The notes below the pieces were generated by a model. The model had not been told where the DNA came from, made no database searches, and worked only from the letters and a program-made list of their open reading frames with translations. From IMG/VR virus record IMGVR_UViG_3300021400_000046, positions 32,001 to 96,000 of that record: 64,000 nt of DNA. One strand, written 5' to 3'. The DNA comes from a virus (lineage: Duplodnaviria; Caudoviricetes). Made by a program: the position numbers and the translations under genes. Positions 40,231 to 49,796 of the stretch are shown in pieces. Each line of letters starts with the position of its first letter. The first letter of the stretch is position 1.

Positions 40231-40612
40231 ATCGGCTTCTTCTCCACAAACAATCTATGTTCTTTTCAGCTTCATCTTTTGATTTGTATACTCTTAAAAT
40301 CAAATTGCTTTTGCTTGAAAGAACCAAACTTGGGCGCGGATTTTCGCTATCTAAATCTGTTGAAAAACAATAGCATAATCGTTTCTTGTTTGTAATCCTA
40401 TAAAGTCGCATTTCTTCAATTTTCGCATGATATTTCCCGTCTGGCATCAAAACGAAATATCTTTTGCCGATAACGTAATCTTCATCGGAGTATTGCAAAA
40501 CAATATCAAGAGCATCCGATAGACCTGACACATATGCTTGCTGCTCTGCCGTCATATTGCTTGTGGTTTCAAGTGTTATCAGCTTATTTAATTCATCTGT
40601 TATTTTGCTCAA
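40229..40612 (-). CDS. Hypothetical protein
   Basis: 127-aa ORF abutting dut. Confidence 0.6.
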   Translation of the reverse strand: MSKITDELNKLITLETTSNMTAEQQAYVSGLSDALDIVLQYSDEDYVIGKRYFVLMPDGKYHAKIEEMRLYRITNKKRLCYCFSTDLDSENPRPSLVLSSKSNLILRVYKSKDEAEKNIDCLWRRSR

Positions 40613-41743
40613 CTAATTTGTACCTGTGCTTCCAAAGCCGCTGCGATCTTTTTCTCCTAAATCTTCGACTTCTATAAATTCAAGTTCTGGTTGGCGTTTT
40701 ACAATTCTAAACTGGCAAATTCTATCATTTGTTTTGATTTCCGTATCTCTTGTAGCAAGTGCCGGGAATCTCCAAATATCATTATTGCCGCAGTATGAGT
40801 TATCAACAACCCCCATGTGATTAGTTTGTAGAACGCCCCAAGTCTTAAATGTAGAGCTGCGTGGTACAATATGTGCCTCATATCCTTCAGGTAGCTTCAT
40901 CGAAATTCCAAGGCTAATTAACTTAAATTCTCCTGCTTTCAAAGAAATATCTTTTGCCGCTCGGAGATCAATCCAATCACCAACGGAAATCTTCTCAATT
41001 CTTGTTAATTCTTTATTGTGGTATTTAATCTTAATCCGTTCCATTTCTTCTTCATCCTCTATTTCGTGTAAGTATTGTAAAGAAATATTCATAGTTTGAT
41101 TTGTATTATAGAGATATGTGAAATACCCATTCCCACTATCATCGTTTATAACTTTCAGAAAACGTGCTTCACCAATGTTTCGATCACTTTCTAAAAATCG
41201 CACCAGAGATACAATGCATTTACTTGAATTTCCGTTATCATAAATATAATAATATGGTTTATTTAAGTGATATGTGATCCCATTAATTGTTTTACCATTG
41301 TCTATTTGGTATGGTTTTACTTCATGTACACTTACATAGTATTTATTTGGCTTGTAATCAGCATATAAGACTGGTTTCTTTTGGTAATATATTTTAATTT
41401 TGCTACCATCATTTACAGTCAACCAAATGTATTTTACATTTTTGCTATACCGTTCATCGTTAATTCTATACTCTTGGCCTGGTGCAACAATAAAAGCCGC
41501 TTGCTTTGCAGACGCTTCATTAAATTCAATAAACGCTCCATAATCGCCAATAACAATTCTATCATAACAATATGCTATTAGCTCTCCGCTTTTTGTTGCA
41601 AGCATCTGATCTGCGCCATTTTCATTTAGCCACGAAGGGATATTATCTTTGAAGAATTGTCTGTATTTATCTGACAATCCATCTTTTAATGGTTTGTATT
41701 TGTACTTCTTTGCAAGTAATGCTTCGATTTTTAATGTGTTCAT
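40613..41743 (-). CDS. dut: Trimeric dUTPase fused to a ~230-aa unknown N-terminal region
   Basis: GDWIDL, PRSS, GVVDNSY, DRICQ and RSGFGSTG dUTPase motifs in the C-terminal part. Confidence 0.85.
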   Translation of the reverse strand: MNTLKIEALLAKKYKYKPLKDGLSDKYRQFFKDNIPSWLNENGADQMLATKSGELIAYCYDRIVIGDYGAFIEFNEASAKQAAFIVAPGQEYRINDERYSKNVKYIWLTVNDGSKIKIYYQKKPVLYADYKPNKYYVSVHEVKPYQIDNGKTINGITYHLNKPYYYIYDNGNSSKCIVSLVRFLESDRNIGEARFLKVINDDSGNGYFTYLYNTNQTMNISLQYLHEIEDEEEMERIKIKYHNKELTRIEKISVGDWIDLRAAKDISLKAGEFKLISLGISMKLPEGYEAHIVPRSSTFKTWGVLQTNHMGVVDNSYCGNNDIWRFPALATRDTEIKTNDRICQFRIVKRQPELEFIEVEDLGEKDRSGFGSTGTN

Positions 41744-42216
41744 CTGTTTATCTCTTTTAGATATTTGCTTTTTGAGTGTGCCAAATAATTCTCTATGAGC
41801 CTGCTCTGGTCTTTCGTTTTGCTGTATGCAATCACATTGATCGTTTCTTGCCCTTTGCGGTTAATACCGTGATTTGCTAAATACTTGATATTGTTTTCTA
41901 CTAAGTAATTGCAAAGTTTTAATACATCATCTTTATCGCTGCTCGTTAAGTGGAATTGCCATTTATCATCTTTTTTGCATTTTTCAAGAATAGGGAACGC
42001 TATTAGATTCCCTATTCCTGACGCGACAGCTATGATGATTATTGTTAGAATCGAATCATCTTCTACAACTTTTGAAATGATAAAGTAGAATAATAGTTGG
42101 GAGATAATAACCATGATTGAAGAAATGATTTTAGCACCACGATACTGTAATATTGATTTCGCCGTCAAGATGATATTGTCAAGTATTTTAATAATAAATA
42201 GAATAATGTAAATCAT
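41740..42216 (-). CDS. Membrane protein (DUF5698-like)
   Basis: Three N-terminal TM helices plus a soluble C-terminal domain. Confidence 0.55.
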   Translation of the reverse strand: MIYIILFIIKILDNIILTAKSILQYRGAKIISSIMVIISQLLFYFIISKVVEDDSILTIIIIAVASGIGNLIAFPILEKCKKDDKWQFHLTSSDKDDVLKLCNYLVENNIKYLANHGINRKGQETINVIAYSKTKDQSRLIENYLAHSKSKYLKEINR

Positions 42217-42411
42217 TTATTCTGTTTCAAAAACATATAATCCGCAATGGCAAAGTCCAGTTTTACCTTCATTAATCATGTCTCTGAACTCCTTACACAT
42301 ACATTTGGTGTCTGGTGTTTTTAAGATTCTACAAGGGCAATAGCCATTATTCTCTTTCAGCTTATTTTTGATTTCTGTTACAAGTTCTGTATCTGGATTT
42401 AGTTTTATCAT
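42217..42411 (-). CDS. Ferredoxin:thioredoxin reductase catalytic-subunit-like protein
   Basis: GYCPC, CMC and CHC motifs. Confidence 0.8.
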   Translation of the reverse strand: MIKLNPDTELVTEIKNKLKENNGYCPCRILKTPDTKCMCKEFRDMINEGKTGLCHCGLYVFETE

Positions 42412-42418
42412 GTCACAC

Positions 42419-42898
42419 CTATATTTCTTTTGCGTACTGGTTTTCGCTTTTTAGTACAACTCCAAGTATTTCATCAAAGTGAGAAGTGCTATTTGGTACA
42501 AACCGCCCGTACTTAATAATAATTGGGCTATATTGTTTTAGATCAGAAAATCTAATGATTGTAGCAACTTCATCTTCTGTATATCCAGTGTAGATTACAA
42601 TATCATCGTTACAACCTTTTTCTCTAAACAGTTTGATAAGAGCGATAACATCAAGAATATCGTCAAGTGGTTCAAGTCCAGCAAATACAATTGCGCTTGT
42701 AATCTCGTTTTCAAGATAACGGTTTACAATTCTCTCATAGCTTATTTCAATATCCGGTGCAGTAGCAAGTGCGCTATTTTGGCACACTTGCATACCACAC
42801 TCTTTGTCACACTTGAATGAACAGGTTGGGAACATTAAAACCATACTTGGTTTTTTGTAATTTACAAAATCTTCATCAAGCAGACCTTTGACAATCAT
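42419..42898 (-). CDS. nrdG: Anaerobic RNR activase (radical SAM)
   Basis: CSFKC..EC cluster motif, GLEP, IYTGY, KYGRF, SENQ; follows nrdD. Confidence 0.85.
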   Translation of the reverse strand: MIVKGLLDEDFVNYKKPSMVLMFPTCSFKCDKECGMQVCQNSALATAPDIEISYERIVNRYLENEITSAIVFAGLEPLDDILDVIALIKLFREKGCNDDIVIYTGYTEDEVATIIRFSDLKQYSPIIIKYGRFVPNSTSHFDEILGVVLKSENQYAKEI

Positions 42899-44859
42899 TC
42901 TCGCATCATCTCCGCATATTCGTACCATCTGCGTGTATTAAACTCTCTGAACCGATCTTTTGAATAACTACGTGTCGGAACAAGATAACCAACAATGCGT
43001 TGATAAGTGTCAAATACAGGCTTGCCACAAATCGGGCAATAATCAGTTCCAACAAAACCATGATGATTTTCGCATTCATTGATTCTTGTGTTAAATGCGA
43101 AGTAAATAACATTTGACAATGCAATGGTGTTAAGAATATCCCAGGCTGCATCTGTGTTTGGGAAATTAGCTTCGAGGTTAATGTGGCTAATTGACCCGCC
43201 AGAGCATTTTGCATCAAGTATTGAACTTAACCGTAGTTTCTCTTTTAGAGTGCATTTTGCAGAAAGCGGAATCCATTGATTAGAGTAAATGAATTTATCA
43301 TTCAAACTGTACAAGAGGTTATCTTTTTGGCACAAAATGACTGCGGCACGTTCAGCCGGTACACTTTCGATGTTAAAAGAAAATTCTTTTGTAAAATTGT
43401 CTTTAACATCATTTAGTACATCAAAAATCTTACTTGCAAATCCAATACCTTTATCGGTATATGAAATATTGCCAAATTCATCTGTTTCCGTATAGCCAAA
43501 CTTTTCAATTACTTCAAATAACCCAAGAATACCGATTGTGCAGTATTGCTTATCCATCTCAACTGCGCCATCTTGATAATTGGGCAAAAGACCCTTTTCA
43601 ACATTCCGCTTAATAATGTGTCGCACAATTTCAAGAGCCTTACAACACAAGACAGCGCGTTTACGGAGCAACGCAAGGTACTTCTTTTCGTCGCATTCGG
43701 TTTCAAGTGCAATACGCATAAGGTTAATCGTATTTACTTTAACGGAACCAATGGAAAGGGCTGTGCCGCCAATTGAATTAATGAATGCGCTGAGTTTAGA
43801 TGTATCAGATAGAAGCCTACAACAATTAGAAAGCGTTGTCACATCTTCGCTGATGAAGAAGTTGCTATCATTCCATGTTACATTGTGGTCAGAACACCAT
43901 CTTGCAAAATCTTGATCTACAAATACTTTATAATTCTTTGTCTTAATCATTTCTTCTGCTTCTTCTTTTGAAATATCATTTCGTTTCAAGAGAGAGTAGG
44001 TAAGCACAGGGAATGTAAATAAATTTTCTTCTCTAATTTTTGAAACGACTTCCATGAATACTTTTTGGTGTTCAATCAAATTTTCAACATTATCAATGAC
44101 AAATGAACCATCTGGATATTCAACACCACCAAAAAGTGATTCAATGTAATTTCTATCGAAGATTGAAACATTTACAAAGGCAGTTTGATCTATGCGCATA
44201 AAAGGCTGGTTCAAACGGTAAATCAGTTTTTGGAAAGTTTGTCGTAAGTAATACTCTGGACTCTTGATATAATATCCAGTCTCACAATCATGTTTCCAGA
44301 AGTAATATGTCCAAATCAAAATGTTTGGGATTCCAACTGCACCTGACGATCTATTAGACATATAGCTAATGTACTCAATTACATCATCAACAAAAGTTGT
44401 TAAGTGCTTCGGTGGCTGGTTATTATAATTCTTCAAGAAAAACAAACCTTCGGTTGCAAGGCGTGTAAGGTCATACGCATAGCAATAAGGGATATATGTA
44501 GTTGATGGAGCATCGTGCATATAAAAGCCGCCATTATACTCAGTTTCAAGCCATTCTCTTGCTGTGCGGAGATTATATCGTTTTTTAAGCTCATAGAAAA
44601 TCTTGTTAAAGGCAAACAGTTTATCTTCTGACTTCCCCTTTTCACTCAACAAACTACGAATATCTTTGCTTGAAGCATTTGCATTAGCGTCAATTGTTAC
44701 GTCTGCAACATTCTTATCAATAAATCCATCAATGAAATCAGAAAAGTTTAACTGTGACTCATGGATTCCATTAAGAATATCAAAATCTTCACCGTACTTA
44801 TCACTTAATGCCTGGACTGTTTTTTCAAAGTCTTTATTTACTTTAATAGGTATATTCAA
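42895..44859 (-). CDS. nrdD: Class III (anaerobic) ribonucleotide reductase
   Basis: TFPV, SNCCRL, ESVPAE, SGGSI, C-terminal Cys/His metal site, RIVGY glycyl-radical motif; TTG start overlapping the upstream stop. Confidence 0.95.
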   Translation of the reverse strand: MNIPIKVNKDFEKTVQALSDKYGEDFDILNGIHESQLNFSDFIDGFIDKNVADVTIDANANASSKDIRSLLSEKGKSEDKLFAFNKIFYELKKRYNLRTAREWLETEYNGGFYMHDAPSTTYIPYCYAYDLTRLATEGLFFLKNYNNQPPKHLTTFVDDVIEYISYMSNRSSGAVGIPNILIWTYYFWKHDCETGYYIKSPEYYLRQTFQKLIYRLNQPFMRIDQTAFVNVSIFDRNYIESLFGGVEYPDGSFVIDNVENLIEHQKVFMEVVSKIREENLFTFPVLTYSLLKRNDISKEEAEEMIKTKNYKVFVDQDFARWCSDHNVTWNDSNFFISEDVTTLSNCCRLLSDTSKLSAFINSIGGTALSIGSVKVNTINLMRIALETECDEKKYLALLRKRAVLCCKALEIVRHIIKRNVEKGLLPNYQDGAVEMDKQYCTIGILGLFEVIEKFGYTETDEFGNISYTDKGIGFASKIFDVLNDVKDNFTKEFSFNIESVPAERAAVILCQKDNLLYSLNDKFIYSNQWIPLSAKCTLKEKLRLSSILDAKCSGGSISHINLEANFPNTDAAWDILNTIALSNVIYFAFNTRINECENHHGFVGTDYCPICGKPVFDTYQRIVGYLVPTRSYSKDRFREFNTRRWYEYAEMMRE

Positions 44860-45068
44860 ACCGTTTCCTCTCTTTCGTTTACCCAAGCTGCGGCATCCTG
44901 GAAATTTAATAATTTGCCATCAACCGACAATACAGGAACAGCATCAATACCAAGAGATGCCATTTGTTTTACGTCATTCACTTCCGAGTAAACAATATTC
45001 TTAGCCGCAAGTTTCTTTTTAAGAACATTGCATTTCGGACAACCAGTAGAATACAAAATAACTGTCAT
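44856..45068 (-). CDS. nrdH: NrdH/glutaredoxin-like redoxin
   Basis: YSTGCPKC and VPVL motifs; coupled to nrdD. Confidence 0.8.
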   Translation of the reverse strand: MTVILYSTGCPKCNVLKKKLAAKNIVYSEVNDVKQMASLGIDAVPVLSVDGKLLNFQDAAAWVNEREETV

Positions 45069-45079
45069 TTGTTTTCTCC

Positions 45080-45532
45080 TTAAATCAGGGCAAGATTTGT
45101 TATATAGTCTACTGCATCTTCCATGCTTGTTTCAGTATGTGAAAATACAGTTGATAGCCACGGATGATCTATTTTGCTTTCGCCAAATCCGATAACCGTT
45201 ATATTTTTGCCGAGCCGGTTCAGGCCAGCAATAAACCCTAATTGAAATGCAAGCTCTGTAAAACAGGTTGCGCTATCATTTATCCCATCTGTATTCACAA
45301 TCACAATATCGCTATCTTGAATATTGCTTTGTTCCCAAATCAAATGATCTTTTGAACTTAAACCGTGTAAGTCAGATGAAATAACGTATTCGCTATAATA
45401 CGGTGGGTGTGCGAAAGATAAATCTTTGTCTGTTGATCGACGAAGCATTACTTCAATTTTTCTTCGCCAATCTAAATTGTCATAATGATTGCAACAAGAG
45501 CCGCAAGTAAAAATCTTAAATGTTTTGCTCAT
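45080..45532 (-). CDS. Nucleoside 2-deoxyribosyltransferase-like protein
   Basis: KIFTCG...DWR...SDIVIVN...ELA...G fold pattern, degenerate. Confidence 0.55.
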   Translation of the reverse strand: MSKTFKIFTCGSCCNHYDNLDWRRKIEVMLRRSTDKDLSFAHPPYYSEYVISSDLHGLSSKDHLIWEQSNIQDSDIVIVNTDGINDSATCFTELAFQLGFIAGLNRLGKNITVIGFGESKIDHPWLSTVFSHTETSMEDAVDYITNLALI

Positions 45533-46094
45533 TCTCTTTTCTCTCAATCTCGATATAGGTTATCAGAATTTTACACAGTTCGTCGATTGAAAACACATAG
45601 TTTTCATTGTATAATGTTTTGTCTGCTTCTTTATCAAAAGAGTCAAATTGCCCAACATCTGATAAACTTCTTCGATATGCTTCTTCAATATTGTCTCCGC
45701 GTTTAAGAATACTGACAAGCCTTGAACGGCGATCAACATTTAGATAAACAACACGGATAAAATCAAGCAAATTATGTTGTGCTGCATAACGCCTTAAAGC
45801 TCTTGCGCCAGCGGGTGTAAGAATAATAATCTTATCTTCGTCCTTGCTAAAATTTGCCGCAGTTCCGTATTGCCATTCTCTATACTGTGCGTACTCAAAA
45901 AAGAAACCCTTTTGTTTCAAATCATCGAATGTATCATTATCAATAAAATGATAATCAATACCATTCGTTTCTCCTGCTCTCATTGGTCGAGTAGTATATG
46001 TAACAACTTTTGAGAATGAAGGTTTTAATTCTGATAACCGTTTGGCAAGGCTTGATTTGCCGCAGCCACTCTCTCCAACTAATACAATTACTAT
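45516..46094 (-). CDS. gmk: Guanylate kinase (probable ATA start)
   Basis: GESGCGKS P-loop, TYTTRPMRAGE.NGIDYHF and WQYGT motifs; ATA lies 9 nt after AGGAGG. Confidence 0.85.
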   Translation of the reverse strand: MVIVLVGESGCGKSSLAKRLSELKPSFSKVVTYTTRPMRAGETNGIDYHFIDNDTFDDLKQKGFFFEYAQYREWQYGTAANFSKDEDKIIILTPAGARALRRYAAQHNLLDFIRVVYLNVDRRSRLVSILKRGDNIEEAYRRSLSDVGQFDSFDKEADKTLYNENYVFSIDELCKILITYIEIERKENEQNI

Positions 46095-46107
46095 CGCTAA
46101 CCGCCTC

Positions 46108-46353
46108 CTAATCGCATATTTCTGAAAAACTGATGTTTAGCAATTCTGCTTTTTCTGAAAGAGTTAGATCATCCCATGCTTCTTCTATTCTGCTTTTGGC
46201 GCATTCTTCACAACAGTCGTTTCCGTCAATTCTATAAGTTGCTCCATCTTCGCCGCAATCGTCGCAATAGTAAACCAGAACATCTATGTAAGGGCATGAT
46301 TTCCCAAGGCACGGTAAGCCACAATCAACACAATGGTTTTCAATTGCTTTCAT
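46108..46353 (-). CDS. Cys-rich small protein
   Basis: Multiple CxxC motifs; coupled to thyX. Confidence 0.65.
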   Translation of the reverse strand: MKAIENHCVDCGLPCLGKSCPYIDVLVYYCDDCGEDGATYRIDGNDCCEECAKSRIEEAWDDLTLSEKAELLNISFSEICD

Positions 46354-47030
46354 TGTTTACCACTTTTCCCAGGCATACGACCACAGCCCTTCTTTTCTGG
46401 ACAGTAGCCAATGTATTCACACTTGGGCATGAATTGAGTTTTGACAATATACGCCCATTGCTCTGAGTATTCAGAAAGAGCGGCGCAAAGATCGCGGAAC
46501 ATCTCTCTATACTCCCAATATGCTCTGTTGCACATTCGTTGGCGAGACATATCAATTAGGTTTCGCATATTATGCTTACAAACAATCTTTGTCTCCATAC
46601 CAAGAGGTAATACAAGCGCACTATCTTCTCGTGGTACACCAAGTTCTTCAAGTGCTTGACCGGCATCTGAAATCTTCTCCATAATGTCTGTGTAGATTTC
46701 TTTTGCTTGTTCATTTTCTTCAATTTTGTGTGGGACAATATAAGAGAAATCGTTGTAGTCTATGTATCTTGTTGATGCTTGAAGTCTTGTTGGCAAGCCT
46801 CCAATGTGTGTGTACCATTCTCTGATTACTCTTGCTGAATACCCTTCGATTGTTAAATAAACATCTGGAAATTCAAATGTGCGCCCATGCTGGTTTTCGA
46901 TACATTCAAGACCACGTTTATAGTTTTTTTCATCATCACTTGTATCTACGTTGCGGCAAACACCAGCTTCATATCCGATCATTATAATAGGTTCTTTAGT
47001 TGTGAATTTTTGGATAGTAACCTTTCCCAT
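46350..47030 (-). CDS. thyX: FAD-dependent thymidylate synthase
   Basis: HGRTFEF, SARVIRE, QASTRY, LPLG, NMRNL and RMC.RAYWE motifs. Confidence 0.88.
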   Translation of the reverse strand: MGKVTIQKFTTKEPIIMIGYEAGVCRNVDTSDDEKNYKRGLECIENQHGRTFEFPDVYLTIEGYSARVIREWYTHIGGLPTRLQASTRYIDYNDFSYIVPHKIEENEQAKEIYTDIMEKISDAGQALEELGVPREDSALVLPLGMETKIVCKHNMRNLIDMSRQRMCNRAYWEYREMFRDLCAALSEYSEQWAYIVKTQFMPKCEYIGYCPEKKGCGRMPGKSGKQ

Positions 47031-47039
47031 TGCTTCTCC

Positions 47040-47276
47040 TTATATTGTTTTCTTCTCTCTCGCTTCTTTAAGCCGTTCTGCCGCAGCTTCGCGTTGTTCC
47101 GGTGTAAGTTCTCTTTTTGTAAATGGGTTCTTTCCAAATCTGAATGGGTAGATAGGGCAACTTACAATTGGGCAGTTTTTAACTTCTGAAATGCTGTCAC
47201 AAGAGCAATCAAGGCATTTCGCCCTGATTGCTTTAAGCGGAGAGTGTTCATATTCAATTTCATTCTCTTTGCTCAT
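47040..47276 (-). CDS. Zn-binding phage protein
   Basis: PLKAIRAKCLDC...C...CPIYPFRFGKNP. Confidence 0.65.
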   Translation of the reverse strand: MSKENEIEYEHSPLKAIRAKCLDCSCDSISEVKNCPIVSCPIYPFRFGKNPFTKRELTPEQREAAAERLKEAREKKTI

Positions 47277-47394
47277 AATTGTATTCCTACTTTTCAATAT
47301 TGCATCTAAAAATGCCGTGTGAATAAAACAGCTCTTTTATTGTCAAAAATGTTCGAGAAACACCGCAATAATTGGGTGTTATATAGGGTTCTAA

Positions 47395-47670
47395 TTACGA
47401 TTTCCCGCAATTTTTGCGCTCATAGGCCATATTTTGAAATTCTATGGTGTTTTCTCTGTCGATCCAGCGATTTTCGTATGTATCATAGAGCCTAAATGGT
47501 GTGCTTACCTTCAGCTTCATTGGCAGACTATTATTTGACATTACTTTACCGAGCCTGGTGATCTCTTGAATAATGACAATCTTAGGAGCTGTTAATACTT
47601 GTCGTTCTATTGTGTCTCCGTGTGAAAACTCAAAGACACACTGTACCGGCTGCAAATCATTTACAAACAT
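47395..47670 (-). CDS. Hypothetical protein
   Basis: GAGG RBS; directly downstream of a consensus promoter. Confidence 0.65.
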   Translation of the reverse strand: MFVNDLQPVQCVFEFSHGDTIERQVLTAPKIVIIQEITRLGKVMSNNSLPMKLKVSTPFRLYDTYENRWIDRENTIEFQNMAYERKNCGKS

Positions 47671-47707
47671 TATAGTGCCTCAACTTTTCTATACTATTTC
47701 TAAAGAC

Positions 47708-47736
47708 ATTATACACGCATTGTCTGAATATGTCAA
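47708..47736 (-). promoter_or_regulatory. Perfect consensus sigma70 promoter
   Basis: TTGACA-17 nt-TATAAT reading leftward into the nucleotide-metabolism genes. Confidence 0.85.
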
Positions 47737-47756
47737 GGTAGTTTTCACAACAGTAT

Positions 47757-48973
47757 TTAATTACGTAATTCAACAAGATATTTGATTGTGCTTTGTTCCT
47801 CTTTGTAAACGATGATTTCATCATTTCGCAACATTGATCCTTCGTGTGCGTGTAAGCAGTTTGCGCCCGGACAGGCACTTTGCAGTTTATCATAAGTGAA
47901 ACTATTGTACTTACTATCAAAGGAATATACATCGAATGGTTTACCGTAGGCCACATTCATAAGTGCCATAAAACCAGAGTTTGAATTTCCTTTTGCCCAA
48001 TAGCTCCCTGTTAAGCTCGTATATCCAAGTGATTTTCTTGCTTTGGGTGCATAGTAGATACCATATCCGAACATTTCCCGGTGATTACTGCATTCGTTGG
48101 GCGCAGCACTAAGCCGCTTTGAATAATTGACCACCAATTCTCATTCCTGGAACCGTGAAATAGTAAGCGAATATCTTTGATATTGTTTTCTTTCACAAAA
48201 TCATCGAACCGCCTTTGTGTTTTTATGTTCTTGACTACCCATGCTTTGTAGAACTGGCCTGCACAAGAACCAAGCGCAACCTTAATTCTTGCAATATCAT
48301 CGTTTGTACATTCTTCAAATTCAAGCCCAAGCTGTTCAAGAATTGTTTTGTCATTTACAGGATCAGTTGTAGTAGTTTTATCAATCGTTTGTTTTTCAAC
48401 GATTTGACCCTTCATAACATCAAGCAAATCCTGTTCACGCTGGATTATTTTAGCAAAATCATCGGGGGACTGAGATAAATAATATCTTACAGTAGACATT
48501 TTTCGCGGAATGGTTGTGAACAGCTTTAGAAGCTGCTCGTTGAAAATTGAAACACTTGTTATTTGCAGAAGTCCGGTGATAATATCTTGCGCCTCATTAA
48601 CCATAGCATGAGTAACCTTATTAGATGAAATAGTGTAGTTTTCACTAATTGCTTTTCTTGCCATGCTTTGTAAACGTTCAACAATCTCTGCAATAGCTTT
48701 GTTCTCAATTTCTTTGTATTCTGGCTGGCCTTTTGGTTTCTCAACGGAGATCAAATCTTTTACAAGGTCTGTCTGATCTGTGTAGCCCTTCTTGATTTTT
48801 TCGTTGTACTTCTTTTCCCATTCATACTTGGAATAGGAGCGGGATTGTGAACCGCTACCTATGCGGCCATATTCAGCGATCCACCTATCACCATTTGGAG
48901 TCATTTTATAATACTTGTTATGGTTGTCGCCAGAAGTAACCATAACTAAATATCTTGGAGTGTAATCAATCAT
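47757..48973 (-). pseudogene. WGR-domain PARP-family ADP-ribosyltransferase interrupted by a 1-nt frameshift at 48074-48076
   Basis: WGR domain (NKYY...YGRIG), regulatory helices (LFTTIP) and LFHGS in one frame; MFGYGIYYA and NDEIIVY in the -1 frame; adding one A gives a 405-aa ORF. Confidence 0.85.
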
Positions 48974-49796
48974 TGCTTTTACCATTATAATATGCAAATT
49001 TACATCCGTGGACGGTATTGATTTTCCCAGAACAACATTTTGATATACTTCCAGAATCAAATCCTGTCTCACTTGCCGCCTCTTTTATTGAATTGTAAAT
49101 TGTGTTTGTGTCTAAGCAAATCACACTTTTTGAGCCAATATGTTTTCTTTTTCTTGTCTCACTAATTTTTGCTTTTACCGAATCATCTAAGTGTTTCCCG
49201 TACATTGGACTGTTTTTACCTAATAATTTATGGTTATTATAGTTTGGATTTAACGCTCCCGTTCTTGATGATGCCAGTTTACTCAAAATAGATCGTGTCT
49301 CTTTACTATGATGTTTGCCATAAAACCCGTTGTTCTCTCCTACATTCTTACCGCTTCGTTCTTTTGACCATTTATCTTTTTGCTCCTGAGAATGTGTTTT
49401 ACCATAAAAATTATTCTTTATCCCTTTGTGAGAAACAGACATTTTATCTCTTGTTTCTTTTGAGAATTTTACGCCAGCAAATCCATCACCACCAGCAGTA
49501 ATGTTATAACCACAGGATTGTTCTTTGCAAACTTGCGTATTATACTTTTTAATCAATTCTACTTCTTTTTCTTTTGCTTCGCTTTCTGATAGATTTGTAA
49601 AAAGAATAATATGCTCAAAGTTATCCCACCCATATTTTTTAATAGCATTATAAAAATACGGGTTTTTCTTTTTGGTATATTGGTTGCCGTTTTTGCCCCA
49701 TCTAATTTCTGGTTTAAGATGTGTGATGCCAATGTACATCTTACCGTTTATCTTGTTTTTATGAAGATAAACTGTCCATGTATTTACAGGTAGCAT
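48966..49796 (-). CDS. GIY-YIG homing endonuclease with NUMOD3 repeats
   Basis: VYLH.NKINGKMYIGIT, FYNAIKKYGW and repeated N.FYGKHHS motifs. Confidence 0.88.
   Translation of the reverse strand: MLPVNTWTVYLHKNKINGKMYIGITHLKPEIRWGKNGNQYTKKKNPYFYNAIKKYGWDNFEHIILFTNLSESEAKEKEVELIKKYNTQVCKEQSCGYNITAGGDGFAGVKFSKETRDKMSVSHKGIKNNFYGKTHSQEQKDKWSKERSGKNVGENNGFYGKHHSKETRSILSKLASSRTGALNPNYNNHKLLGKNSPMYGKHLDDSVKAKISETRKRKHIGSKSVICLDTNTIYNSIKEAASETGFDSGSISKCCSGKINTVHGCKFAYYNGKSND

Noticed and set aside
47657-47956. 99-aa minus-strand ORF
   Set aside because: Overlaps the PARP C-terminal frame and the consensus promoter; no recognisable features
48966-49796. Group I intron housing the GIY-YIG gene
   Set aside because: The ORF overlaps both neighbours, leaving no room for intron core structure; flanking genes are not split at this point
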